DNA from: Octopus sinensis
Lineage: Eukaryota
Reading direction: 5' to 3'
Assembly: GCF_006345805.1 (NCBI RefSeq)
Contig: NC_043012.1
Location: 25,110,001-25,174,000, forward strand
Length of the DNA stretch: 64,000 nt
Each line of letters starts with the position of its first letter. The stretch's first letter is position 1. Below the pieces are notes generated by a model. It made no database searches, was not told the DNA's origin, and saw nothing but the letters and a program-made list of their open reading frames with translations. The position numbers and the translations under genes were made by a program. Below are positions 37,107 to 50,839 of this stretch, piece by piece.

Positions 37107-37966
37107 ATGTATGTATGTATGTATTATGTATGTATGTATGTATGTATGTATGTGTGTGTGTATAATATATATATGTATATGTATATATGATTTACATACA
37201 CATACACTCATATAAGCACATACATATAAAGATTCATTCATGTGCATACTCATACACACTGTATATATAAGGACTAACTATGTTGAAGGAGTGTAGTTGT
37301 TCTATATGAATCTGAATTAGCTCGCTTTTGGTCAGTTGTAGTGGTGTTTGGTTCCAATCATGAGTGTCATGATTTTATGGAGAATGTACAACGATGATTG
37401 CAACTAACAATGTATTCTTCTCTTTTTATGCTAACACAATAACATTTGAAGAAGAGAACTTGCTGCTATTTTTAGCCATTCCTATTGCCAAATACAAACT
37501 TCCTCTTTGGCTCGCAAGAATCATGTCAGGTAACAGCGTAAAAGCGAAGAAAAGGTTGAATATAAAAAAAAAACTCTTACGAGTATAGTATAGGTGTGGT
37601 TTATGCTAATTTCTTGTTGTTCATAGATTTTTGGTTGTTTGAAATGCAGAATGGTATAAACATATGTGTGATTGTGCTGTCTGAACATTCTGATGTTCAT
37701 TGTATCTGAGAAATATAAATTGCGCAGTAGGTTTTGAACCGATGTATTTACAAGTGCGCATGTACTTGTAAGCGTCCAACCATAAACACATATACACACA
37801 CACACACATAGATACACACACGAAAACACATCCATACACGCATAAAATGTTTTATCTACTTATCTATATCAGTAATTATATATATGTGCGCAATATTATT
37901 TATATATATATATGGATATATGAATATGTAAATAAATATATCTGTATATATGCATACATAGACACT

Positions 37967-38008
<42 letters not shown>

Positions 38009-38155
38009 TATATATTGATGGATATATATATATATATATTATATATACAGACACACATATATGGTATATATATATGTGTATAGATATGTGCTATATATAT
38101 GCACATGTACATATATATATTAAGTATGTATATATGCATATGTATCTAAAGATAC

Positions 38156-38191
<36 letters not shown>

Positions 38192-38359
38192 AAAGAGAGA
38201 GGGGGAAGAAGAGACAGAGAGACGTTAAGAGAGAAAGAAGGTAAAATGTTAAATCGATACGTAAGCGACTAATTATTTCAAGTAATCAAAATTTGTTAGT
38301 CTATGGTTGTGTGTGTGTGTCTAGTTTTATACATACATACATACACATCACAATATTAT

Positions 38360-38404
<45 letters not shown>

Positions 38405-38405
38405 C

Positions 38406-38445
<40 letters not shown>

Positions 38446-39549
38446 TATATATATATACATATAATGTATGTCTGTGTGTATATATATATATATATATAAT
38501 ATATATATGTATATATGCGTACAGGCATACACAAATAAGAGATATCAGAAGTGGCTGAGACAGAAAAATATAACAAAAATAAGTGGAAAAATAGAACGAA
38601 ACATAAACGCCCCCGCTCGAAAATACGACAGAATAATATCAACAAGAATGTTAGTCTATATTTATCTATCGATTTCTGTATTGATTGATCTCGTTATTTC
38701 CTATCGAAGAGCTGGGAACACTGGAAAGAGTTGTTGTAGCTTCATTATATATTTTATTTAACCTGGTGTCTATTATATACAATATGTAATAAATTACTGT
38801 CTTCTATATTGACAGTTGCTGCAGTACGTTTGTATTTATTGGTGAACTGTTTATACATCGATAAATACACACATACACACGCAGACACAAAGAAGCGCTC
38901 ACATGCCTATATGTATATGTATTTGTGTATATATGTATATCAGGCGTGTGTCGTCAGTAATTACTCAGTGTAGGCAGTTGGTGACCTTTGTGTAGTAAAA
39001 CACAAAAAAAAAAAATAAGCGAAACACAGGCGCGCGACTGAGTTGGAGGCAGTTTTACTTCTGCCTTTATACTACGTAAAGAAAATGTTGTAGGACTGCA
39101 CATTGTTCGTGTAAAACAGCAATGCTATGCGTAGCTTAAATACTGAGACTGAAAGGAATTTATGATTAACTAATCTACAAAAAAATAAATTATTTTGTAA
39201 TTTATGCACAGTAATCAGGGTAACCTTCGTACTTTTATTGAATTTGGGGCATATATAGTGACAAAATTTATGACCATACCTAGCAATGTGCTGTCAACTC
39301 ACTCCTGCCTTCCATTCTAAACAGACACAGTCCACTAGTCTTAGATTTTGGAGTTGATAAAAAGATTAATAAATTAAAAACGAATCACAATCCTTTACAA
39401 GCTATTACTCCAACAAACTCCATACACTTCTTCGAAGTGTAGTATATTCTTAGCTACATTAGTGGCAACATGGATTTTTTCCCATCTTCGTCCTCTTTTA
39501 GAGCTTTTGAGTAAAATTATATTAAAATGTCTGACTGATTTATGCCTGT

Positions 39550-39641
39550 TTATGCATCTGAGGATAACCCTGCATATAAATTGATGTAATGATAGAATTG
39601 TTAAATTAAATGGAGCCGCTTGAAACGGTCGTACTGCATCA
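39550..39641 (+). ncRNA. Type I hammerhead-like motif with long stem II
   Basis: UUAUGCAU-CUGAGGA-[57 nt]-GAA-ACGGUCGU-A|CUGCAUCA. Core intact, self-complementary stem III, mismatch at the first stem I pair; homologous to 36077-36200. Confidence 0.6.
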
Positions 39642-39666
39642 CCTCTTGATATCCTGTGGCTTAGTT

Positions 39667-39668
39667 TG

Positions 39669-39752
<84 letters not shown>

Positions 39753-39773
39753 CTTTATCTATCTATCTATCTA

Positions 39774-39858
<85 letters not shown>

Positions 39859-39870
39859 TTATCTATCTAT
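39667..39870. repeat. Compound (TATC)n-(TC)n-(TA)n-(GTCT)n microsatellite
   Basis: Directly visible. Confidence 0.96.
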
Positions 39871-41749
39871 CTATACAGAGAGATAGAGAGGGAGAGATCA
39901 ATACACACCTATCTGCATGTATATGTGCATATATATCTGTTTGTGTGTGTGTATGAGTGTGTGTGCGTGTGTGTGTGAGTGTGTGTTTGTGTGTGTGTGC
40001 TTTTAAATGTAGCCGGTATTAGTCTCTTCCAGGTTTGAACAGATGATCGACCGAAATTATTACATTGTGCTGTAAAGTTATCATATAGCTCTTGATTATA
40101 TGATGCCTACATCAACTAATTCATTCTTTATTTTATATACATTTGTGAATATAAACATTTATGAGCTACTTGTCTGATTTATAGACATTTATAAAGCGCT
40201 TACCTGCTATTTTTAGCATTTTATGCGCCGTCGGCACCATTGTGTCTCTGTTGCAGGCAATTTGTCATTATATGTGGAGACAGTAGATTATACACTCACC
40301 AGTTCTCACTGAGAGTTGATAAAGTCTGTGCCAAATTATATAATGGATGAGATCGATAAATGCTTGGGAGAATGGAACAAGTGAGAAATGACTGAATCAG
40401 TCCCGGAAAAACGAATAGGCTGACATTATTTCACTTGTCTAATGAACCATTTCATTTCATTTTAAGACATAAGACTTCTCGTCGAAGTCAGTAAACTCTG
40501 ATGTGGTCTGCTGACAGATTCTATTCACCTTTATTCTCTTCATAAACATTACGTGACGTAACTAACCGTTAAAAAGTTGCAGTACAGTTAATACGAGTAA
40601 CTGAAAACATCTGTATTGTGTTGTAGCCGCCATTTTGTTTATATTGACAAATATCGGTCGTCTGCTTTATGATGCGAAACAGTGAGGGAAGTTCTACTTG
40701 ATCAGTTGACCTGCTAGAAATGTTTACCAAATCTCTATTGTATAGAAAACTAGCCGTTTTTTAGAGACATATATTCGATAATTTAGGTGTAAATATTTCT
40801 GAAAAGAGTGGAAGGTCGTTGACTCGAATGACTTAGATCATTCGATAAGTAATGTTGTTGAGTTTAATGAGATTCTACACAGCTGTTTCGCATGTTAGAA
40901 AAGAAGAGACAAATCTGCCTCAAATCAACCACCGTTTGACAGGTAATGGATTCATAGATACTATTTTAAAAATCGTTTACCAAACTCAATTATCTTAAGT
41001 CAGGCATAGGTACACTTTCTTCTAGACGAGGGCCACATGAGAAATGATTTATCATTAGGCGGGCTAAACTACTAAAAGTTTCATGGCTACATTTCATTAC
41101 CGTAGGATTCAAAAAGTCCCACAGGCCGCTTTTTCCAATGACTGCTTTATGAAAAAGGTTTATGCAAATATATCGAGCTATGATTATGTTAGTGGTCCCA
41201 TCAAAAGTCCCTGCGAATGAGATCGCGCATGGAATATTAAGCTTGGGAAGAAAATATCTCGACCAATTAGCTATGTCTGTATCTTGCAGAACAACGGACA
41301 AGAAACTGGGCATGGTATGCGGCAGCTTCATCAAGATGTAGATCGAATACAGATCTATGGAATTATCCGATAGGATACAATTACACACCTTCGATAGATA
41401 TATTATATCAACATCAGCTAATATAATATGAAATAAGTTTTCAGTTACTATAAAAATATGGTCTTACATTGAAAAGGGTGATGTATAAAAATTTGACCGG
41501 AACAAAACTAGTACTTCGCCAAATTATTAGCCATGATTTCCTGTTCCGTCAGACGATTTAATTGATAGTTTGATCGCTAAGGATACCTTTATAGACCTTT
41601 ATAGCGAGGTACCGTGAGAGGGAGAGCGAAATAAACAGAGATAAATATACATGCATAATTTACATACACATACATACATACATACATACATACATACATA
41701 CATACATACATACATGCATATATATAGAGACATAGATAGATAGATAGTC

Positions 41750-41835
<86 letters not shown>

Positions 41836-42170
41836 GCAGATTACAACATTGAGACACACACATCAGCGCAAGCAGTCAATATAGGGAGATGAACGGAGTG
41901 AAAAAATAGGAGAGCGGTAAAAAGCGAGAAATAGACAGAAACGCACAGAGTAAGAAGAAAAGACGAGAGAGGGAGAAATAAGAAATCGAGAGACAAGGAA
42001 AAGGAGATATGTTAAGCGAGAGAGAGAGACAGAGACAGAGGGAGAGAGAGACGCATACACATGCACACCCACCCACACACACATAGTCACACACACACAC
42101 ACAAATAGAGAACAAGAAAAACACGCATTTTCTCTGTAAACTGACGAAGTTCAGGCTAACTACACAGAAA

Positions 42171-42208
<38 letters not shown>

Positions 42209-42825
42209 AGGGAGACAGAGAGAGAGAGAGAGAGAAGGGAGAGAGAGAGGGAGAGAGAGAGAAGGGAGAGAGATTATTGTGATCAGAGGAAAAAGCTTCA
42301 GGCCAATGGGTCTTTTTATCACATTATAGTATGAGATATAACAATTGATAGGGTAATCGATTGATTGATTAGTTGACGATTGGTTGGTTAATAATAGAGG
42401 ATCTGTTCCTCCCTATTGCTGCTTTCTGACCCAGTTTATCTGGCTTCTGCACTCGAAACGCTCACCTCTTACTACTCCCCTTATTTCCGATCACTCCGGA
42501 TTTTGATCTCTCGCCTCCCTCTTCAGTTCCTTCTCTTCTTTCACTCCTCCTCCTCCGACTCCCACTTCCTGTTTTGGTCAATGACTCTCGTAAACATCTT
42601 CCTATTTCAGTTTGTTTATAAGGACGTATATATGTATGTATTCATGATATCTATGTCTGTAAATATCTATGTCTGTATCTGCGTGTCTGTCTGTGTGTGT
42701 ATCTGTGTTTGTGTGTGTTGTATGTATTCTAGTTTCTGATTGGCGTTTTGACTGACCACCTGCTTGGTGTGTTTAGATCGGCTTCCTTCTCTATATGAAT
42801 ATATATATATATCTATATATATACC

Positions 42826-42878
<53 letters not shown>

Positions 42879-42883
42879 GTATG

Positions 42884-42917
<34 letters not shown>

Positions 42918-43168
42918 TATACATTCGCTGCTTTCTTTCAAGGAATCTAATGCTCTCAGCTTAGTTTTTCCTTGGAGGCTGGCCAGATTGGAGCAATCTC
43001 AAGTATAATCAACCGAAATTGCGAGGATAATCTGGTGGTTGACTGAGGAAAGAAAACTTCGAATGACCCGTCCTTGTATTTTTCTTCGCACCGTCTATCT
43101 GAATGTTTTGTTGTCCCATTTTTGTATCACCTAGCTGTCCGGATGTTTTGCGGTCTTGTCCCATTTTG

Positions 43169-43235
<67 letters not shown>

Positions 43236-43369
43236 TATATATAAAACAGGTTTCAAAGAAAAAGACTACACGTGGTATAAATAGCATGATGAAACAAGGA
43301 AAATTAACACTAGGTATAAAGATAATGACTTCTTTAAAAACAAAAACAAAGATATATACATACAAATAA

Positions 43370-43770
43370 ATGATTTGAGGTAGAGTTAAGAAGTATAAAA
43401 ATCATTATTTTGGGTCATTATTAAAAGTCATAACGGTTTCGCCATAGCTGGTCACTGACTTTGAATCAACACCGATTTCGAAACGGTGTTGTTTCTGATA
43501 GTACCTGAGTGAAAAGATTGCATGCAATGCGGGCAAGCATTCTGAAAGTGATGCAATTAAGGTAGATATGATTACTAGAATTTGAATGGTGTATGGAATG
43601 TATGTGGATTAGTGAGAATAATGGTATTAGTAATGTTAGTAGTGATCTGTATTAAGTTGTGGCTGATGTTTATTAATGACATCTGCCAGTTTATTTAGTC
43701 TTTGCTGCACTGAGGCATTCTGGGAACATTGATAAAAAGGGAAAATTAGGAAGTTTAGTTGAAGGTTCCT
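43370..43770 (-). pseudogene. Possible Penelope-like element 3' end (GIY-YIG C-terminus remnant)
   Basis: Fragmentary minus-strand peptides (SHNLIQIT..NPHT..TPFK; ITFRMLARIACNL.TQ) and a GGCGAAACCG motif downstream; highly decayed. Confidence 0.35.
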
Positions 43771-44282
43771 AGCACAACTATCTGTGTGCTCACAGAATTG
43801 TATCTGTTTATATTGTCGGAAGCGGATTTTTTCTTTGTCAAGTGTTGTTCTACGTCATCGATGTGTCTATATGCATCAAAGCACACATGCACGTACGTAC
43901 CCATACATGCATATACATATATGAATATTTGACAGCTCAATTTGTCTTTCAATCGATGAATTGCAATATTTTTGTATTAGAGCTTAAGCAGTTGCCATAT
44001 GTATGTCAATCATGATGTCAGAAAATATGATCTAGTGCTCCTATATAAGACTAAACAATATGGCGATATTTGGAATGAATTCACGTATAAATCGATTTAG
44101 CAATATTTTAAAAATCTCTAACAAAACGTATAAAAAATTATATAAAATCCAACCGTAATTTCAAAATGATCATGAAAAAATAACAGAATTTTGTTGGAAT
44201 TTATTCTATGTTGCGTTTATAATGCACCCGAAGAAATGTGAGTAATTGATTTATTATATTAATAATATTATAATACTATTAA

Positions 44283-44505
44283 GGCGACGAGCTGGCTGAA
44301 CCGTTAGCACGCCGGGCGAAATGCGTAGCAGTATTTCGTCTGCCGCTGCGTTCTGAGTTCAAATTCCACCGATGTCGACTTTGCCTTTCATTCTTTCGGG
44401 GTCGATAAATTAAGTACCAGTTACGCACTGGGGTCGATGTAATCGACTCAATACCTATGTCTGTCCTTGTTTGTCTCCTCTATGTTTACTCCTTGTGAGT
44501 AATAA
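44283..44505 (+). mobile_element. SINE family B
   Basis: GGCGACGAGCTGGCTGAACCGTTAGCACGCCGGGCGAAATG...GTACCAGTTACGCACTGGGGTCGATG. Confidence 0.9.
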
Positions 44506-45923
44506 ATATATGTATATATATATACTTTTCATAAAAAGCCTTTACCCTTTTTGATTTCCAATCTGCATTTTCGCTTATTTTTCTTCTTACTTTCCCCTTC
44601 CATTTCCTCGTGTAGTTTCTATTTTCTTCTTGTAATAAATTTCTATTCTATATATATATATATATTATATATATATATATATATATATGAATGTGTGTGT
44701 GTATATATATACACACATTTATATATTTATATATATATATATATATATACACGTATATACACACATGTATGTGTATGTGTATTTGGGAGGGTCATAACGA
44801 TCATGTATACAAGGTAACACATTTACACATTTCAATTTTGTGAATGAATGTGCAAATGCACTCGTTTGTATAGCAGCACTATATCGACACATGAATTAAG
44901 AAAAAAAAAAAAGAAACTCATAATATGAGAAGAATATGACGATTAATAGTACTGGTTTATCCGTTTGTAACGGAGCCGTATTAGAAATGAACGTACAAAC
45001 GTAACCATTAGTATGGCAAATTTATAGAAAATAATATTTCACTGATGTGCTTTTGTAAGTAGACAGTATTACTAATAGATCTACTGTGCCAGCGTATTCC
45101 TGTAAAGAAGTAACGTCGTAAAGTATCGTTAATTCATAAGAAACCGTTACTTTAGTTTACATCAATTACAAGTTAGCTTAGCTGGAACCACTCTGCTCCA
45201 AGTTATGCAAGCAATCACAAGACTATTAGTCCGGTGCATTACTTGTAGCATTACCAAGTCAACGATGAAGAAGAAAAATTCAAATGAGTTGTACGTCAAC
45301 CTTCACTACTGCCAAACATATTCTACGAATAAATTACCTTTCTTGGATTTAAAAACAAGTAAAATCGATATTTCTTTTCTCCTTCGCATTATTAATTCCC
45401 GACTGACGACGAACAAAGGTTAATCTTCGAGGACATGACGTCAAATATACAGTCATGTTTTGGCTCGGTCCCCGTTCGACGCATTTCAGATTACGATAGG
45501 GTGCTGAAAAGTTCTTGGCTTTCGGTTTGGTTAATTATTATTTTATTCAACATTAGCTTAAAAGCAGCACTCTGTGCGAACTTTAAAGCTAGCTCCTGCG
45601 GAGGGCTACGTGACCCTGCGGCTTCAAACTAAAGAGAGTAATTATAATAAAGCATTTATTGGTACCCTACTAATATGGTGTTACCCTACCAATAGATTAT
45701 TACTTTAAATTCATTTTAAATGAAAAACTTGTAAGTTCACAAATTTTTGGAATTCTTTTAAAATTTGAATTTTCAACTATTTAGCACCTAACAAATCCTC
45801 ATCCAGACTTGATCCCGATCCTGGAAGTTCAAGAACCAAATGAAGAGCAGATTTTCAATCCCGTGATCATCCTGATTCTAAAATGTATAATACGTCTATA
45901 TTGAGCAAATGTAGACTGAGATA

Positions 45924-46090
45924 CAGGGTTCCCTACCTGACGGACAGACAGAATTTCGCGGTTATTATTATACATATTCCTTTCTCAGATTCAGACATTT
46001 ATTACAGCCGTCCTTCAGTTTTTCTAACCCCTGCAAAAGCACTGGGAAGGTCGGGCTTCCAATCAAGCCTTTCGCAATACCCTTAAAACC
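45924..46090 (-). pseudogene. Mariner transposase C-terminus and degenerate TIR
   Basis: Minus: GLEKLKDGCNKCLNLRKEYV*, then TCAGGTAGGGAAC..CCTG|TA. Confidence 0.55.
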
Positions 46091-46635
46091 AGAAAGTTTT
46101 CAGTATTTGTACCTCACATTTGCTTTTGCTAAAAAAAAGCATGAGCAAAACAAATCCCAGTTAAACATTTCTATAAAACAACAAAATTCGGTTTCTAGAT
46201 AAACCAATAGTCTTTCAAAAATATTGCCTATACAACTTCGTCTGTAACATATTAAGGTCATATAGAAATATCTCACTCCTTGAAGCATATTATATGAAGG
46301 TATCAAAGAATAGATCAGCGTAGAGTGGCCCCGCCTGCTTCAAGAAATATACGTGAACAATCGCAACGAAATTGTTAGTCTGGTACACGGCCTTCAGGGT
46401 TATCGTGATAACGGGGAAGCCGTTTTGCTGTTGGTTGGTTGGTTGGTTGGTGTTCTGGTAGAAAGGGTAAGAAATACCGTACAACACATACATTGCAGTA
46501 TTGAAGAGATGAATAGCACAATGAGTAGTGTACTCCTGGATACACTTCAAATAACAGGATGGTGATGGTTCCCAAAGCAACGCCTTTCAAAATAGGTCTG
46601 TTAAGTTCATGGCAAACAAAGGACTGAAATAGAAG

Positions 46636-46672
46636 ACTACTACTACTACTACTACTACTACTATTACTACTA

Positions 46673-46710
<38 letters not shown>

Positions 46711-46860
46711 ACTAATAATAGTACCACTGTTGCTGCTGCTGTGCTGCTGCTACAACTACTACCACTACCACCACCACCACCACCACCACCACCACCACCA
46801 CCACCACCATTCCCAATCCTCCTTCTCCTCCTCCTCCTACTGCTGCTGCTGCTACTACTA

Positions 46861-46892
<32 letters not shown>

Positions 46893-47024
46893 ACTAATAA
46901 TAGTACTACTGTTGCTGCTGCTGTGCTGCTGCTACAACTACTACCACTACCACCACCACCACCACCACCATTCCCAATCCTCCTTCTCCTCCTCCTCCTA
47001 CTGCTGCTGCTGCTACTACTACTA

Positions 47025-47059
<35 letters not shown>

Positions 47060-47185
47060 ACTAATAATAGTACCACTGTTGCTGCTGCTGTGCTGCTGCT
47101 ACAACTACTACCACTACCACCACCACCACCACCACCACCATTCCCAATCCTCCTTCTCCTCCTCCTCCTACTGCTGCTGCTGCTG

Positions 47186-47219
<34 letters not shown>

Positions 47220-47238
47220 AGCTGCCGTTGCTACTGCT
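46636..47238. repeat. Compound CTA/CTG/CCA/CCT trinucleotide array with a ~165-182-bp higher-order repeat (3 units)
   Basis: CTACTAATAATAGTAC at 46709, 46891 and 47058; ATTCCCAATCCTCCTTCTCC three times. Confidence 0.95.
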
Positions 47239-47943
47239 GAGGCTACCAATCAACGAAGGAATCTCTTAGTGGTCGGTCATTCGGCCAATCCTCGATATAA
47301 ATAGCAGCTGATATCTCGTGGCTGTAACATGTATTGATTACTCATAAAGGACAGTTTTTTTTTTTATTTATTTAATTGCAATGAAGATCCGTGCATGAAG
47401 TAAAAAATAGAACAACGCAAAGAAACTAGCCCCCACCCCCAACACCCCGCTCCACGGACCACGATCCAACGACCAGGACGCTGCTAAAATAGATTCTTAT
47501 TGTTGGAGAAAAATGGTGGAATAGATAGAAAACCTACATCTGAGAATCCAGTATTTCATGACTTGTGCAAGTGCACAGGTTACAGTCTCAAGACATCCTC
47601 TCTCTCTCTTTCTCTCTCTCTCCCATTCTCTCTCTCTTCCCCTTACTCTCTCTCCCTTTCTTTCTCTCATTCTTTCTCTCTTTCTTTCCCCTTTTTTCCC
47701 TCTCTCTCTCTCTCTGTATCTAATCCCGTTCTTTCTCTGACGTTGTATCGCTCAATATGTTTGTTGAGTGCCTCTTAAAATCTCCTTCGTTATCTGCACA
47801 CGCAGACACACACACACATAGACACAGACACCCACCCATCTACACACACATGCATGTATATATGCTAAATGTATATGTATGCGTATATACGTATATATGG
47901 ATCCATATATATACGTATAGGTGTATATATATATGTGTATATA

Positions 47944-47989
<46 letters not shown>

Positions 47990-48632
47990 TATATATATAT
48001 GTAGGTGTATATATGTATGTATACGTATGTATGGATTTATATATATATATATATTAGATGTGTTTGTGTGTGTATGTTTATCCATTTGTTTCTTTCCGTT
48101 TCTCGGTCTAGATGCATTGACCTAGTTATTGTTTTTGATTCTAATATATTCGCATCACTTATCATTGTTTGTTTTCATTCCGAATAAAAAGAAAAAAAAA
48201 ACACGGAATTAGAAAAATAAAAGAAATATCAAGCATGTACTATAAACCAGCGACCCATATTTTTAAATATAATCCTTGCTTCTATATAAACAGAAACCGT
48301 GGTCGAATTGTTTAGAAAAATTAAAATATAAAACAAAAGCCTCATGAATTTTTACCAAAGTCAAGAAAATATTAAAAAATACTAAACATGAAACAAGAGC
48401 TGAAAACTCAAAGAAAAATGAAAAAGAAAATATTCTGCCAAAAAGTAATAATATCCAAAAATAACTTAGACAAAACGGTATATGAAAATCGATATCTTGT
48501 CGAAGTAAAATATTGTTTGATTAGTGATTGATTGAAATGAAATAGTTCTCGCAGCAATAACTTTTCTGGGTGAATTCTTAGGAATACAGTATGTAATGTT
48601 AGGAAATTGTTACCATAAGAAGATAAGTGAGT

Positions 48633-48692
<60 letters not shown>

Positions 48693-49055
48693 AGAGAAAG
48701 GTAGAAAGAAGGAGGACAGAGAGGGAGAATAGGGAGAGTGAGTGAGAGAAAAAGAGAAGAAACAGACGTGAATCACGCATCCGCACGTTCACAGAGCGAC
48801 GCATCATCAGAAACACGCTTTTGTATAATCTCATATATATATGTGTGTGTGTGTGGTGTGTTTGTGTGTGTGTGTGTATGTGTGTGTGTGCGTTTGTGCG
48901 TGCGTGTGTGTATTCGATACTACACACCAATTCGTACCAATACTGACATTAATTGGTTTCGTTTCAAAGACGAAAGGAATAAATGCAAAAAGAAAGACAA
49001 AACGGAATAAAACATATGTGTCTATGTAAATATGTATATGTTTTTGTACGTATGC

Positions 49056-49120
<65 letters not shown>

Positions 49121-49202
49121 CATATATAACATAAGCATGTATATGAAATATATATATATATATATATTATATGTGCATGCATGCATATAACGATATTAAT
49201 AT

Positions 49203-49276
<74 letters not shown>

Positions 49277-49467
49277 ATATAGAAGGAGCTTCTACAGGAC
49301 TAGAACTGTTTCATTCAAGAGAATCTTCAGGAGCTCTTCCTGAAGATTTCTCTTGACATGAAACAGTTTAGTCCTGTAGAAGCTCCTTCATATAATAAAT
49401 AAATTTACTCTACTATGTATTGAGTACCTTATTTACTGTGGTTAACCCCGAATCAACCCGGGACTAC

Positions 49468-49468
<1 letters not shown>
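49277..49468 (+). mobile_element. Penelope-like short element with 5' fold-back (family G, copy 2)
   Basis: Same palindrome-plus-tail architecture as 14768-14957. Confidence 0.7.
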
Positions 49469-49499
<31 letters not shown>

Positions 49500-50127
49500 A
49501 TGTATGTATATATATATAGCCTACCATTACTTAGAGTTCCAGTACAGAATTCTCACTGAACTAATTGGTGTATGAATCTGAATTCTGAAAAATTCTACAT
49601 ACATACGTACATACATACATACATACATACATACATACATACATGCATGCATGCATGCATGCATACATACATACATACACACACGCATACATACATACAT
49701 ACATACATACATACATACATACATACATACATACATACATACATACATACATACGCATGCACACACACAACCCAAACACCCACACTCACACACATGTACA
49801 TATATATGTATGGATGGATGGATATGCATATATTGGTATATAATTTATATGCATATATACGTAAATATATATGTATATACGTAAGTATATACGTTTGTAT
49901 GTATGTATGTATATTTATAGGCGAAGCAGACAAGAAAAAAAAGGAGTAGCATTCAATGAAATAAATGAACAGACTCTTGTACTTCTATAATTATGCAACT
50001 ATTTCGAGAATAAAATTGGACATGGACGATTCCATCTAAGTTCCTCGCACTTCATCTTTGTCTGCGTACCGATACATATCCTTACGCATGTACATACATA
50101 AATATCTTTAGACTGTATATATGTGTA

Positions 50128-50423
50128 TATATATCACCGTGATCACCGTGACCGACCAGGCTATCAGATGTTGCTACACATCGCTGGTCACAATGCGCTT
50201 CGCATTGTTTTAGCCTTCAAATGACACCACACCGCTGGCTAAGCGAGCAGGCCAACAGAAGAAAGAGAGAAAGTGTGGCGAAAGAGTACGGCAGGGATCG
50301 CCACGACCCCCTGCCGGAGCCTCGTGGAGCTTTAGGTGTTTCCGCTCAATAAACACTCACAACGCCCGGTCTGGGGATCGAAACCATGAGTCCGCTGCCC
50401 TAACCACCGGGCTATTGCGCCTC

Positions 50424-50425
<2 letters not shown>
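50128..50425 (-). mobile_element. SINE family C head with tail type ii
   Basis: Minus: GTGGAGGCGCAATAGCCCGGTGGTTAGGGCAGCGGACTC...; tail ...GATAGCCTGGTCGGTCACGGTGATCACGGTG. Confidence 0.88.
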
Positions 50426-50456
<31 letters not shown>

Positions 50457-50490
50457 TATATTATATATATATATATAATTATATATATAA

Positions 50491-50692
50491 TAGTTAATCC
50501 AAACATGAAAGCACAAAAAAAAAACACAACAACGCGAGGATGTGGAACAAATATAGTATTATTGGACGCTCAGGAAAGAAGGAGGGTTTAACGTTTCGAG
50601 CAGAGTTCTTCGTCGGAGACATAGGAGAAGGAAAGATCCAGAGAAGGGAAGACAGAGGAAAAAAATCGCCAACGGTACACACGCGGTCACAT
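50491..50692 (-). mobile_element. Penelope-like short repeat family E
   Basis: Homologous to 18270-18481; core CCGACGA (U4->C). Confidence 0.7.
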
Positions 50693-50839
50693 TTTGAATG
50701 TATATGTACGTATATATGCATATAAATTATATACCAATATATGTACGTATGTACATATATATATGTATATATATATAAATGTGTGGGTGTATGGGTGTGT
50801 AGCCACTGCAATAAAGAGTGAAATAAAGAGTGAAAATCT

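Noticed and set aside
41068-41372. Plus-strand frame with a single in-frame TGA (selenocysteine idea)
   Set aside because: No recognisable selenoprotein motif or SECIS seen; the openness is explained by the in-register antisense ORF.
45491-45525. Isolated mariner-like TIR (TACGATAGGGTGCTGAAAAGTTCTTGG)
   Set aside because: About 30 bp only, with no matching opposite end or coding sequence identified.
46310-46440. Peptide EWPRLLQEIYVNNRNEIVSLVHGLQGYRDNG, vaguely hemocyanin/tyrosinase-like
   Set aside because: In-frame stop immediately upstream, no good splice acceptor and no copper-binding histidine motif.
48765-48815. Minus-strand CUGAUGA with a 6-bp stem
   Set aside because: Followed by GAUU instead of GAAA, with no stem I complement.
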